IMG/VR virus record: IMGVR_UViG_3300032213_002070
Coordinates: 32,001 to 96,000 of that record
Source of the DNA: a virus
Length of the DNA: 64,000 bases
Strand: one strand, 5' to 3'
Below, one piece after another: positions 12,001 through 23,200 of this stretch. How positions within the stretch are numbered: the first letter of the stretch is position 1; the number at the start of each line of letters is the position of its first letter. The notes beneath the pieces were generated by a model. The model was not told the DNA's origin, searched no databases, and was given only the letters and a program-made list of their open reading frames with translations. The position numbers were made by a program, and so were the translations under genes.

Positions 12001-15000
12001 TCTCTTAAAGAGTTCAAGATCTCTTGATGAAGAAAAGTTAGCCCACATAGTTCTCATCATTCCAAGTACACCTGTACGGGTTTCGATACCAATAGCTCCT
12101 CCAGCTACAGTCCCACCTATTGCACCAATAGGAAGTCCTGCCAGTCCACCGGTTAGACCAATAGCTCCACCAACAGCTGCAATTCCTGCAACTTGAGCTG
12201 CAGTAGAAAGACCTGGTATACCGCTACCTTGGCCAACATTTAACATTGCGTCTGAAATTGTGTTTCTTAATAGTGAACTTCTATTTAATTCTATTTCATT
12301 TAAAGGTTCATATAAGATTGTTCCAAAATGTTTAATACCAAATTTATTTTCGGAAAAAACCATACCTCTAGTTGATTGAGCAAATGCTTCTCTAGTTCTA
12401 GAAGTACCCATAGATAATAGTCGTACCATTAAATCTCGCGGTTCAGATAAATATAAACCAGTATTTAAACCACCATCTATGTGACCACTGTCGCCCTTTT
12501 TATCGGTAGAGTTTACGACAGGGCTTAACTCAATTGCATCTGACTGGCACGTAACGGTAACTTCTTCTCCAAGTTCAACTTCCGTAATAACACCATTAAA
12601 GAGAGTATGCAGTGAGTTTGGATTAGAACCATAACCACCTCTAAGATGTATTCTAACACCTGGTTTTAATCTTATATTTTCTATATTAACAACATATTGA
12701 CTTTCCATATGACCAAGAATATTTCTTGCGTTATTTAATGTTTGATCAATAACGTTTTCCATGCCTTGAGCTAACGAGAATACGTTGGTCCCTGCAGCTG
12801 CGTTTGTTTCTCCTGGTCCACTAAATAGTGTTGTTATTTCTTTAGTGCTTAATTTGGCGTACATGTTAGATATCTTTAATATTAAAGTATCTCCTAGTAT
12901 ATCTTCGGAAGATACAATAGAAAATTCAGAAACAGATTGCAGACCATAAAAATTATCAAACAATTTAGTTCCAGCAAAATTGCCCTCTGATATTAACCAC
13001 AACATGTAGGTTGGAAACGCTCTGATCATTCTGCCTGATAGATCTCTATACGATGTATCTAACATCATTTTTTCCCAATGATTAGACACAGCTTTAGAAT
13101 GTCCTGGATCACCCATTGTTTCAGGCTTGCTAGAATCCCCACTGGAAAAAGCGTATTGGTATTCCGATAGTGCTTTTGCACCAGGTATACCAGTCAAAGA
13201 TTTAGTTGTACCATTGTCTGGAGTTTGACTATCGCTGTAGCCAATGTAGCTAACTGACCCATCTTTTTTGACAGCTACATCATCTATTGTAAGATAAAAT
13301 CTTCCATTTGTTTTATCGATATATCCAAATTGATATCCATCTGCAGTTTGAATCATTGAAGGTATCTTGTTATCTAAACCATTTGATACGGCAGAAAAAC
13401 TATGAATAACCGCATGCGCATCAAGATCATCTGGGTCAAAACTTATTAAATTGTCTGCATTGAATGGATCATCTTTATTGGTTCCACTTAAGGCTGCTGT
13501 AAGTTTTGCCTTAGCCTGTACATCGGATGATGATACTGAGCCGACTTGAAATTTTCCAGAAGAAATATTATAGTTTAAACCAGATAGGTCTGAGTTATTA
13601 AACTCTTTTTCATCTAAAGAATCAACATAACTTAAAAGGAATTTATCAGTAGTGTCACCCATTAATGCTGCTTCTATATAAGATGCAGTTTTTGCAGCGT
13701 CAAGACCTAAGGTTCCAGATGAATAAGCTTTTAATCCTTTTATATCATTATTCTTAATATAATCTTTAAACTTTTCTATAATAGCAGTATTTTGATAAAC
13801 CATACTGCCATGACCTGTACCGGCACCGAAAACTATTTTTCCACCTAAATCTATTTTTTCTATATTTAATCTATCTAATTTTCCATTATTTGATTTTATA
13901 TTATTTACTACATCGTTATCTAACATTTGAAAACTTCTAAAATAAAAATCTGGATCCAGACAACCTACTACACCACCAGAATTATCTCTTACTTCTAGGG
14001 GAAAATCTGGATATGAATTTGTTGCGCCCCACAATTGCTTGATGCGTAAGAACGGATTCTTTTTAGTTCCAAAATTTTCTATTAGATTTTTCTGTGCTTC
14101 TGAAGAAAGACTTTCGCGTTTCTGTTGAAATATATCAAAATCTATTAATCGAAGTTGTACATCATATACGTGAGGATAGTTTTCTTTTGTTGTTATATTA
14201 AAGTTTAAAGGAAGAACATATTTTACTCCAGCTAATGCAGTAATAATATTTTTAATTCCTAAGAATCCTAATACGCCAGTGGCGTGTTCTAAACGAGCTA
14301 AACCATTAATGTGCTCAAATATTTTTCTTAATTTAATTAATTCGCTTTCACCAATTATGGTCATGGAAATATTTATACGTGTATCTCCACCGCCAACGTG
14401 TTGATACGTTGGTTCTTCTTGCATCTGTAATTGTAGTGGGACTATATTATTAGACATTGATACAGATACGCCTGTGACAATAGCTTTTGTTGGGTCAAGA
14501 TCCACTTTAACCATTGGCACTTCCCATTCTCTAAAGTGGAATGAACCTGCTCTTTCTCTAGCGGCTTCTAATAAATCTCTTATAGGGCCACTCTTAAAAA
14601 ATCTTTCATAAACAGTTGCGCTGAACGCAGCGGCATATTGTTTTTTCCAGTGATCTTTTCTATTGTCTTTCCAACCTTGATCATCCTGTTTACCGTTGTT
14701 TAGTGCATCGCTTTCTACGCTTTCGTTAACAAGAAAATCTAAATAAGTTTCAGTTTTTTCAGCGGTCTTTTTTAAAAGAAGTTTCCAATCATTTAAACTC
14801 CACCCACTATGTGTTATGGTTCCATATCTATAATCGTATGCTGTAGATGTGTACGCATTAGTATTAGTATCCATATCGTAAATAAAGTTTTTTTCATCTG
14901 TATTTAAGATGGGGTTTTGAAGAACAAAACTTCTAGCCAAAAAAGCGTACGCTTGTTTTTGGAAATCTTTAGAACTACGTCCAGCAGTAAGAATATCAAT

Positions 15001-17373
15001 GCTGTCTAAAATCTTTTGTCTTACAGTAAAATCTACTATATTACCAACAGATGTTTGCAACACTCCGTCTAATGTCAAACCATATCCAGCGCTACTTACA
15101 TCTATGCCAAAAGTATTTAGCATTGAATTCCAAAGACCTCTACTCTGATCTGTAGCTGCTATGTAGTTTTCTTCTTGAGATCTAAAACCAGAAACATCTG
15201 GAGTAAAGATTTTAGTTTGCGTTTCAGCTGGCATATAGAAACTAATATTGCTTCCATTCACCCATTCTGAAACAACATTAGTTGTATATTCTTCGTTCTT
15301 ATATCCTAATAATTGTTCTGATGCCACATTAGCGGGAGAGACTGCAACCCCATCTGTTAAGAAGTTGTAGTTACTTGTTCCACTTCTATCTGTGTTCACC
15401 ACAGTTTTTCCGTTAGCAGGATTTAAATCTGTAGCTACTAAAAATTCTTCATTAATATAATTATGTAAGGCACCTGCGGCCTTCCCCATATACTGTCTAA
15501 ATTTACCCCAATTAATAGCTTGGTTAAAATCTGAGATCATAGGCAAGTAGGGCTTATGATTAAATGCATATAGTTCAAGTTCAACTACTAAGGCAAACGG
15601 ATAGTTAGGGAGAGTAGAGATGTTCATGGCGTGGAGACTCACTCCCGTAACTCCATAAACTGAATTTATATAATGGTTTCTAATTGGTAAGAAAGGCGCA
15701 TACTTAAAAGCTGCAACCAAGCCTCTTAATGAAGAAAGAAACTTATCTATCTTTTCTTCATTGTCACCATCAGCACTGAAATCAAGTGTAAAATTATCCT
15801 TTAAAGATATCTTTGATGCGTCTTCAATTGAAATTCCCCAAATTTCCTCATAGTTAGGAAAGTACAATTGCATTGTAATAGTTGTATGCTTATGGCCAGT
15901 ATTATATTTTGGACTGTTCTTTTGCCTTAATGCTCCGCCACCCAAGCTTGATGCCTTAAACGCATTGGATACATTTATGCTAAGTGGTGGAATATAGAAA
16001 TTTGAAGCACCTAGTCTTAGATGGAATATGTCAGGAGATGCTGGAGGTATATTTTGCCTGAAAGGAAAAGTTTTAATTGCATTAGCTATCGATTCACCTG
16101 TAGTAATTAAAGCTGATTTATCCCAAGCTCCTCTAAAGATGTTTACACCATTTTTTTGTCCAAAAGAAGACATCAAATCATTTAGTAGTGCCGCTTCTCT
16201 ATTAAGCTTATCGTTTGCACTACCGCCTGCTCCAGCGTTAGAGTAATCTCCAGTTATGGCTAACGCAGTAAAGAAATAATTAACAAGCTCTGGAAAATAC
16301 TGATAGATGGTAGCTAGAACTATTGGCTCTCTAGATAATCTAGTCAATACAATTCCCAGTTGTTGTAACCATGCAGTATCTCTTGCACCATCTAGTACAT
16401 TTGCTGCTGCGCCAGACATTGAAACTCTATTAACGTTAAGTAAACGTGCCTGCCCGTAAGACTGTATTGCATCAGCATGCGCTAATAAATCATAAAGACC
16501 AGAAGCTTCTATTTTTTGAAATAAACTTTTTTGATATTTTTCATGTAGATTAAGTACATCTGTAGTAGGTAGAATTAATCTTCTAAACTGCTCATAGTAT
16601 GGATCTGATATAGATGGATCTTTTTCAGGATCTGTATAACTTAAATTATTTTTTATTCTAAGATTTCTAAATAAATCGTTAGAAGCTTGATGTGTTGAGC
16701 TGCCTGAAAAACCACTGAATAATAAAAATGTTTCTAACGCTTGAAAACGTGCAATGTCTTCTACTTGACTTTCTGGCACCTTATCTGGTTCTGGTACTTG
16801 TTTTGGATCAGTAGGGCTAACTCCATTATTGGTGGTAGTCGAATCAAATTTATTTAATCTTTCGCTGATTGCAATAGCATAGCCAGTAAGAGTGTGCGTG
16901 CTTTGATAATAGTTTTGACTATTTAAATCAGCTCTATCTCTTTGGCTTTGCCTAAACCAATTAGTCCAAGCTTTTTCTAAAATCTTATCATCGATAGGGA
17001 CATTTTGTGGAACGTCTGGATCAAAACTTCTTAGATAATCAAGTATCTCTTTGTTTGATGGTGTACCCGCTTGTTGAATAGCGGTCTTTATAATTTCTAA
17101 TCTTTTTCGAACCCAGTAATCATCACTTATATCTCGTTCAAGAATTCTAGAACCAAGTGGTAAATTTATATTTTTCCAAACACCATATTTTCCTTTTACG
17201 ACTTGAGCATCTGAACAAATTATACGATCAAGTTGAACAACATTATCTAATACGGAAGAATTTGAAGTAATTTGCGTAATCCAATATTTTAATTCTTCAT
17301 TATAATCAATGAAATGTTGTTGTGTTGGAAAATTAGATTTAATATAATCAAATGATTGTTGATTCATAGTCAT
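6073..17373 (-). CDS. Giant virion/baseplate hub protein (3766 aa) with C-terminal degenerate thermonuclease-like region
   Basis: Uninterrupted 11.3 kb ORF between tape-measure-region genes and baseplate; hub-like segments (IHLRGGYGSN..LF.G.ITE, IRPHDLVYLADVY); Gly/Ala-rich hydrophobic stretches. Confidence 0.6.
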   Translation of the reverse strand: MTMNQQSFDYIKSNFPTQQHFIDYNEELKYWITQITSNSSVLDNVVQLDRIICSDAQVVKGKYGVWKNINLPLGSRILERDISDDYWVRKRLEIIKTAIQQAGTPSNKEILDYLRSFDPDVPQNVPIDDKILEKAWTNWFRQSQRDRADLNSQNYYQSTHTLTGYAIAISERLNKFDSTTTNNGVSPTDPKQVPEPDKVPESQVEDIARFQALETFLLFSGFSGSSTHQASNDLFRNLRIKNNLSYTDPEKDPSISDPYYEQFRRLILPTTDVLNLHEKYQKSLFQKIEASGLYDLLAHADAIQSYGQARLLNVNRVSMSGAAANVLDGARDTAWLQQLGIVLTRLSREPIVLATIYQYFPELVNYFFTALAITGDYSNAGAGGSANDKLNREAALLNDLMSSFGQKNGVNIFRGAWDKSALITTGESIANAIKTFPFRQNIPPASPDIFHLRLGASNFYIPPLSINVSNAFKASSLGGGALRQKNSPKYNTGHKHTTITMQLYFPNYEEIWGISIEDASKISLKDNFTLDFSADGDNEEKIDKFLSSLRGLVAAFKYAPFLPIRNHYINSVYGVTGVSLHAMNISTLPNYPFALVVELELYAFNHKPYLPMISDFNQAINWGKFRQYMGKAAGALHNYINEEFLVATDLNPANGKTVVNTDRSGTSNYNFLTDGVAVSPANVASEQLLGYKNEEYTTNVVSEWVNGSNISFYMPAETQTKIFTPDVSGFRSQEENYIAATDQSRGLWNSMLNTFGIDVSSAGYGLTLDGVLQTSVGNIVDFTVRQKILDSIDILTAGRSSKDFQKQAYAFLARSFVLQNPILNTDEKNFIYDMDTNTNAYTSTAYDYRYGTITHSGWSLNDWKLLLKKTAEKTETYLDFLVNESVESDALNNGKQDDQGWKDNRKDHWKKQYAAAFSATVYERFFKSGPIRDLLEAARERAGSFHFREWEVPMVKVDLDPTKAIVTGVSVSMSNNIVPLQLQMQEEPTYQHVGGGDTRINISMTIIGESELIKLRKIFEHINGLARLEHATGVLGFLGIKNIITALAGVKYVLPLNFNITTKENYPHVYDVQLRLIDFDIFQQKRESLSSEAQKNLIENFGTKKNPFLRIKQLWGATNSYPDFPLEVRDNSGGVVGCLDPDFYFRSFQMLDNDVVNNIKSNNGKLDRLNIEKIDLGGKIVFGAGTGHGSMVYQNTAIIEKFKDYIKNNDIKGLKAYSSGTLGLDAAKTASYIEAALMGDTTDKFLLSYVDSLDEKEFNNSDLSGLNYNISSGKFQVGSVSSSDVQAKAKLTAALSGTNKDDPFNADNLISFDPDDLDAHAVIHSFSAVSNGLDNKIPSMIQTADGYQFGYIDKTNGRFYLTIDDVAVKKDGSVSYIGYSDSQTPDNGTTKSLTGIPGAKALSEYQYAFSSGDSSKPETMGDPGHSKAVSNHWEKMMLDTSYRDLSGRMIRAFPTYMLWLISEGNFAGTKLFDNFYGLQSVSEFSIVSSEDILGDTLILKISNMYAKLSTKEITTLFSGPGETNAAAGTNVFSLAQGMENVIDQTLNNARNILGHMESQYVVNIENIRLKPGVRIHLRGGYGSNPNSLHTLFNGVITEVELGEEVTVTCQSDAIELSPVVNSTDKKGDSGHIDGGLNTGLYLSEPRDLMVRLLSMGTSRTREAFAQSTRGMVFSENKFGIKHFGTILYEPLNEIELNRSSLLRNTISDAMLNVGQGSGIPGLSTAAQVAGIAAVGGAIGLTGGLAGLPIGAIGGTVAGGAIGIETRTGVLGMMRTMWANFSSSRDLELFKRNIYPGNGTGVAQFLGGDLGDGWANAATLTPEDMPNTRLDYLNRLTDASWNDVLRKYNAGSAPASATLDTLTAGMGVKQSGGGTSAVLGGLTLGIGAALAFGTGGLALPVIGGTLAAGGGASLLGSISGRGGVNIWKTFGLVSDLDDDMPGFDEVSFRAQTYMKSVWDLFQTCARLLPNYIVAVRPFEDRSTIFYGKPHWLYTSGVVPITTGFPSEKRAIELGITTPRPINPDSQVMDIMNKIQQTSNSKADYDAFRNARNPLTTLSTIVNDQLNASNVYAPAGILKGKVIRLTDPNRLIYQDSKKKIVAKIPKNKGFVGIGFHLPIDPDGKKTEIDISEPHSEHFEIEQMPLRYAFPYFTDRLTSAPLKDYAFFASGDIASGTGHSHTGLQKDTLYVNLLITEASLLKGTTPLTEKIQESSGDSDEEFSITLTAPVFKASVDPIAVFGSDNFVFNIATAGSLSSNKAIIRMPLPLMKNEQTVSDGSWEYDYINESKITSSNKFSYRDWGSPSTPLDEQFYIAMKWPYKITEDLNDEMFKKFKQEYFSDYDDKDFCGTIDDYKKRKVLVYSPVTKTAVVCRPAYFLWGEGETTYSEFTYGTTAIVSPDAAYFLGLMHLTETEKKRWLNDPQGGSQSTDQAYKMNAPGGGAYITAATAAINAGLAPMPIPRECYFTFVDDSIPLGVVTTLQNPTTEFKTNYDGKTDHENDKIIGFGRFQNSTDSGKMEAELASLTKYSDHMSPDALERSQAISGTVLDAFNTQWLEFVPTGGITLLDNNFYASAAAMGGNILAKDGQQNGYFDMVINAEKNGYNSLDRKALWDILDSELATTGNKDSASGRTRFAPVYDPSSKESVDARAFFDEGFSNSTHVIAGNGRTLAQANDVWDQFRFGYHTYDAVKKIFFDAFGLDPENVEPMPKVIIDILRDPTKDVAIFKPFSSTNKTAEDEFAMLLGSDFINTNNQGITGPVPATTIIEGVKRTITTDIHDVKAAIEYARKNLIDAPVDQGGLIKYFDVLAKSKYKKLGLFLQSQTNINIIFGSDISGGAKKVDDIITENFTAKQVFLLIVGMFRQAMWQDPYARAWLVLKPNRKYSSDDMWDFSPVNKVFAAFIDPNQNYSSDKKKFLKLLAGNKGEGNSAGNILGVLTHNTGEFWNNNIGPIFTAISDGLSGLLSMFRMSMVQTGYGLSELDNFTKQANILNRALNDSIYYSLGRAGSLLRATDNPFTREYGEPVVEIREPFQKMHYINSFSHILTNQIQESTIDVATQITAVSDGKYPVTVALDKSIPSERQVEKTVETGIYFDNVAGDGLFGIAQPLFHPIEFARGAIKLSQGAPDELMAKRVGLAHLKESLKDIYSGEIVVIGSPDIRPHDLVYLADVYERMYGIFEVEQVVHHFTSDLGFITSITPNAFVTVNDPARWFMSSWVHSYFSLQNMRNDTKMIINSVQAGNTGILSGGNISVDGIHQALSAQMLGGLQFTHGSSSLMSDIMANFAAEGLSDAQSQIDKQMKAQNSAPSLTGIAAAYIGAAGVGAIAGSLVGGPFGAGLGAGIGADLMWKGWKWVRDNVLDQHGCYIGYLNKNGQPMDAGLAINQGMTVGRYATKRLLPGILGVKTRTKTPEGNAYIRYDDLLKNMGWQEKQIGDLIRYTSYENALVNAEVLKYSGTGPDKTGLNQFFKVLCKLNRILNADEIEVIDLLDPSGTPFIVRLDGIIASSLNVFKAYAEGKAQSGISTTAAGSRAAVFVEERLIGKPFVIRVSPNDQSSVSIYAEDQMSPGSSINTPKNYKKATAYNKKDDTLGTVFYKILDQDLNSVIQKVRGLFLTTSGFSVIGSKSIEQIKTEFKNTLYPDSNLFIKFDTVFDSLSLIDTYNNSYFTLSGSNDPLANLTADYKFLFNILVNFRIIDILNTKASEWPYVSWDEYYEDGSPATLNWELVVNNLAQVYTVDLLRERPSVISLDDQLPMPTLQQQNPTSPL

Positions 17374-17406
17374 AGATTGTTACCTAAAATAATCTTTCTT
17401 TTAAAA

Positions 17407-20203
17407 TCATACAACATGCCTTAAAACTTGCCAACTCTTCATACGATCAGGAGTGGATCCTGCTCTATGACTATCCGAATAGTTATTCATTATAGCAGAT
17501 CTAGGGGATAAATTACTTAAATTAACATTTGAGAAACTATTACCCGAATCGCTAATTCCTGAATCAATTGGTTTAAATCTTGCCGTCTGCATTTCAGGAT
17601 TATCATACCCTGCACCATTCATCTGTATATGAGCTCCAGAGCTTTGCATGTACCCTTCGAAAGAACCTCCCCTTTGCCCCTGAGAGGCTTCTGAGGGGCC
17701 TCCAGAAGAGCGCTGATGCTCTTGGGTCTTGTGGTGCCTATGTGCTCCAAAAGCTACTACAGCGGCTGCTGCTGCAACTCCTACTCCTATTATTCCACCT
17801 TTACCTTCAAGCTTTGCAGCATTGGAGGCGCCAGTATCTATTAAACTTTTAGCTTTATCCCCCGCATCTTTTAATACGGTACGTCCTATAGTAATGCCTT
17901 TATCGACAGTTGCCTTTGCTCCTGTAACAACTTCTGATGCAGCTTCTCCCATTTTAACAGGTGCAGATTCAGCTGATGTAGTAACTTTAGCAACTACTTC
18001 TTCCGCTTTAGTTTCCGCTACCGTTCCTTGAACCTTGGTAGCAGAAGGTGCCCCCATGTTTTCTGGAGTTGGCGGTAAAGTTACTGGTTCTTTTGATCTT
18101 AAATATGGAGCTCTTTTGCCTGATCCAGGAACATAGTCTGGATCATAAGCTGGAGCATCAGGGAGCATTGAAATATCTTCTCCGCGTTTAGCTAGTTCTG
18201 TATCTATGTGCCCTATCGTGCCCCTGTCCACATTGTGCATAGCGCCAGTACCGGTGGAATTTGGGTGGACATTAGCGTATTCTGGATCTAGTAATTTATC
18301 ATATACTTGAGCTCTTCTGTCAACTAGTTCTTCAACGGACATTGCTGAAGGAACCTTGTTCACAGACCTTCCATTAACCATCTGCTGTGGCAAGAAATCA
18401 GCTTTATCTGGTTGAATTAATGGTTTTTTAGCCGCGGCTGCTAGATTAGCGTTAGCATCTGCTACTACCGATGCACCAGTTGGAAGACCTGAAGCTCTTG
18501 ACCTCATCATCTGTATTTGTTCTTTTTTAAGAACCGTTTCAATTTCTTCAATAGTTGCAGAACCAGACGGACTATATTTAGGATTAGCTTTTAAGTCATC
18601 AATAGTTTCACCAGTAAGACTAACTGTACCGCGGCCATTTTTATAATCATTTACTAATGCCTGATGTGCATAATTAGTATTAGTGTTTAATACTCGCGAT
18701 AATTCATAGGTGTTAAAGGGTAACTCTTCTTGTTCCGCAAGGGTTCTTAATGCTTTTTCTCCAATTTCAACTGGATCATTACTGTAGAAATCGGGGACTA
18801 ATCCTCCACCAGAATTTAAAATTCCACCTTCTGATTTTATTCTACCAACATGGTCTAGATACTTCGCGTAAAGGTCATCTGGATTTTCTGCAAAAGATTT
18901 TAATTTATTTGCTTGTTTCTCTTTTACATATGCAAGGTAATCAGCATCCCACATAGCGTTAGCTCTAGCTTGAGATTCAGCTTGAAAGATTTCTTCAGCT
19001 GTTTGTGAAGAAATATTTGATACTTGAGCCCCATGAGATCCAAGAGTAGAATTATATCCTTCTTCCATGGCAGATACTAGTGGAGATGAGGTAATTCTTC
19101 CAACGCTTTCAGCACTATTTTCCATCGGTATCCCAGCATAAGGGCCAAAACCTAGCCTTTTGCTGGGGTCAATACCTTGGCCTTTAAATGCATCGACTAA
19201 GGTTTCTCTGGAAATATCTTGTCCCGAATGCTTTACTAACGCTTCTGTAGTATCAATCAAAGTATCATATGCACTAATTCCCGGGGTAACACCAGCTTCT
19301 TGCATTAGTCCGTCTAGAAAAACTATCTGCTATTCCCTCTTGCTGCCCAATATATTTAGCATCTTCCAACGTCATTGCAGATCCTGCAGAAGTTGCTCTA
19401 TTTAATCTTTCCGGATCTAAAGCACCAGATGCATCAGCTGCCGTGTGAAATAACTCATGGGTAAACGTAGTTGCTATCTCATTTGGTTCTAGCGCCCCTA
19501 GTAAATTTTGGTTTACTAACATCCTTCCACTTTCTGGATGGTAGGCTGCTACTGATCCTATTTGATCAGTCATTTCTATCCCAGAAAGTTTACCAAGTAC
19601 ATCAGAACCAGTGACTGATCTTGTTGAGCCGGGAATATTAAATTGTTTATTTACAAAACCTGTTTTATCAAAAATATCTTTTAGAATAATTCCAGCTTCA
19701 TCAGCTTTTGGACTAGAAGCTTTAGTAGTAAAATCTTTAATCAATTCATCTGCTGTTTGATAAACTGTTGGATTTAGTTCTGCTACTGCACCTGAACCAG
19801 TAGGGAGAGTATCTGCTACTGGGCTTGCTGGCGTTTTTGATACTCTTAATCTAGATGTTTTTGGAGCTGCCGACTCAGTAGAGGCTAAGCGAAGTTCTTT
19901 TCCAGTTTTTACAGTTTTTAGATATTCTTGTACTAGATAAGGAGCATCTTCTATGTTTTTAAAATTCCTAGGAATTGCTCCTAGTTTTCTTTCCATCTCA
20001 TCTGTAACGCCAAAATTTTCGATATGAGAGGTGAGTGCTGAAAACATTTTTTCAAAAGGATCTGAAGAACCTTCTAAACCTGCGACTTTAATAAGTCGTT
20101 CTGTCGATGCCTTATTTGCAGAACCACCTGCTACAGCACTGATATAGTTTTCAAAATGATTTATGGCAAGATCGCCAATGAATTTTGGATTTAGGTCTGC
20201 CAT
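17407..20203 (-). CDS. Putative virion protein with HExxH metallopeptidase motif; 931 aa if joined by a +1 shift at CGG-A (19309-19312)
   Basis: ORFs 19274..20203 and 17407..19305 join by skipping the C of codon 298 (AGA c GGA CTA ATG); THELFH at ~19445-19462; C-terminal hydrophobic segment. Independent initiation at ATG 19305 cannot be excluded. Confidence 0.55.
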
Positions 20204-20230
20204 AAAAATAATTTATCCTTTAATATAAAA

Positions 20231-23200
20231 TTAAAAAGAACCCGCTATATCATCGTAAGAGTTACGTCCTAGTTGCGGTGAGCCATTACGCATAGTACCC
20301 GTAACTTGACCGTTTGTTAACATACCTGCGTTAGCCATAAAGGCATCTGCTTGTTCCCTATCACCATTAATAGATACGTCATAACCAACTCCTTGTTCTC
20401 CACCTGCTTGTGGAGTCATAGGTAATTGCATTGGTGATTGCGGCATTCTTTCATATGGATTACCACCAGGTAATAATGGTGGACCCGATATGCTTTCTTT
20501 AGTGTGATCTCTTTTTGAAATGTGAGCAAAGACTGCAAGCCCCGTTCCAATTGCAGCAGCGCCTATTATAGTACCTTTATTCCTCATTAAACCATCTGCT
20601 AATCCACCTAAGGATCCTCTTTCAGCCATTGGTTTACTTGTGTTAAATAATGCTTTAATAGAATCACCAAAACGAGTGTATTTACCACGAGCTACTCTAT
20701 TCAAATCTGCATAACTTGCCCTAGCTGCACCTGCAATTTCAGAATCAGACGATAAAGATTCTTCAAATACACTGCGGTGTTCTTCCACGAATCTATCAAA
20801 TACTTCATTGATTGACTCAATTTTTACTGGACCCTTTACAGGTTCTACGGTGTCTAACGCTGTTTTGATTGGCCCTAAAGCTTCTTCACTATTTAATTCA
20901 AATTGTGCGTTGTATCTATTTCTTATTTGATTTATTAAATTAATTCTTTTTTCAGCTTCTTCTATAGCTTCTGTTCCAGAGTAACTTTCACCTATTGAAG
21001 CTTGAAATCTTTTACGTATTGAATCTTCTGCTTGAACACGACGATCTCCCTTGAGGCTATTTAAAGTAATAAAATCTAATAAAAATTTATCATCTTTTAT
21101 TATAGTTTTATCTAAAGTCATTTTTGATAAAATTTGATCTACTAAAAGTGCATCTTCTTCCAAAAGATTTGGAGAACGAACTATCTTACCTGTTTCAAAA
21201 TTTGAAGCGGCTTCTGTATCAAACTTTAATAATTTACTTAAAAATTCGTGATCCATAAGATTACCATCTAAAGTAGATGATCCAGGATTTTTGGCTTTAT
21301 TTACATTATTGATAAATTCAACCATATTTTGAGTACTTTGTTCAAGACTATAAGTTTGATCTACAACCATTTGATTCATTGTTACTGAAGCTAATTGTTG
21401 GATTGTAACAGCTTCATCTCCAATGTTGATTAATAAATTACTTTCATTTTTTAAAATGAAATCTAATTGTTTACCCAAAAATGCTGTTGTTCTTTGTGTT
21501 TCATTTGGTATATCAACTCTTTCTGATATTTTCATTTGCTCAATTTCATATAACATTTTTTTCATCAATGAAACTGGACTAGCTCCTTCTGTATCAGCAG
21601 CTTCTTGAAAACCTCTTTGAACCGCTTTTCCAATTGTTGCTTGTGCTTCAGACATTTCCATATTTATTTTATCTGTTATTACTGATTGTAACTCTCCCCA
21701 ATTTTTAGTAGTTCGGGTTCTTGCTATATCTTCTCCTGTTGCATAGCCGTACTTACTTAATGTTTTACCCATCCAATCATCAAAACTAAAAGAACCATTT
21801 AAAGATTGTTCTTCCATTTTTCTTAAGAGAGAAGATTTTTCTCGTAATTCCGTTAATGTTGTATCACCTAAAGATCTTCCAATATCTGATCTTATTTTTC
21901 CAATCGCTTCAGATAATTCAGCTGTTGCTAAACTACTCTCATGCGATTTATATATATTAAATTGTTTTAATCTCATTTCAGATCTAAACGCTTGGGCAAT
22001 ATCTTGTGCTGCTTGCAATTGTTTTTCAACATTTATTACACCATACTTTGCTTGAGCTTTTTCGCCCATTCCAAGTAAGTCTATTAACTTTTCTCTTCCT
22101 GACAAAGCGGGTAGGCCATCTGAAGTTGCAAGTTTCCTTAATTCTTCTAATTCCTGAACCAGTTGGTTATATCCGCTTTCGTTTAATGTAACCTTACCAG
22201 AATCTGCTAATTCTTTCATTTTCATAATAGCTTCGGTATATGTATCTGTGATACTTGCTAACGCCATGTCGTAATCTGAAATAGGACTACCCTTTTTTCT
22301 AATGGTTGATAATTTGTAAAGAGTTGCTGTTCTATCTAAACCGACTAAGCTAACATCACCTTCACCGGCTATTCCAAGACCAAGTTGATAAGCCCTTATT
22401 TTAGCTAATGATCCAGCTACTTCACCTATATTTGTTCCACCAATGTTTTCTGCAGATACGTTGATAAAATCCATCAATCCTTCAGGATTTTCTGCTAACA
22501 TTTCATGAAATAACTCTTTCCTATTTGTAAAAATTGCATCTTCAAGTGCTTCACCCGTTAAACCTTTTAAACGTCCTGAATAACCTTTTGCGTTGATATG
22601 TTTATCTATAAACACTCTATAGCCTTCTTCATTTGGATTATGCATCGCGAATAAAGCTGTGTTAAGAGCTTGTTCAGCCACCTCTCTAGGCAAATCTCCT
22701 CTAGCGGAAACATAGCTGTTCAACATGTCTTGATAAGTTACACCTAAACCAACTTCTCCAAGACCAATGCCGGCGTCAATTGCATTTTCTGGGTTCCAAA
22801 CTAAAAATGTGCTATTTACTAATTCATTTGCAATCTTTACTAGATCTTCATTTGCCCCCTCTTTGTTTGCGTATTCCAATATTGATTTTGCTCCAGCTAT
22901 TCTTTGATCTTCTCCCGATGCCAACCAACCAAGTCTATTAATGTATTTTCCTAATCCACTTTCTGCTGTTATAGACCTAGTTTGCATTCGTGTATAATAC
23001 ATATTAAAAGCGTTTTTTGCTTCTAGACCAAGTTGATTTTCCAAACCTACACCACTGGTAAGTTGTTTTTGCGCTCTGTATGCATACTCCATCGGAGTAA
23101 GTTCTCTATCCGAAGCTTTACGAGATTTACGAACAGCTTCTTTAAAATCACTATAGGTCATATTGACATTTGGATGACCCCCTGCATATGCTCTTCCATA

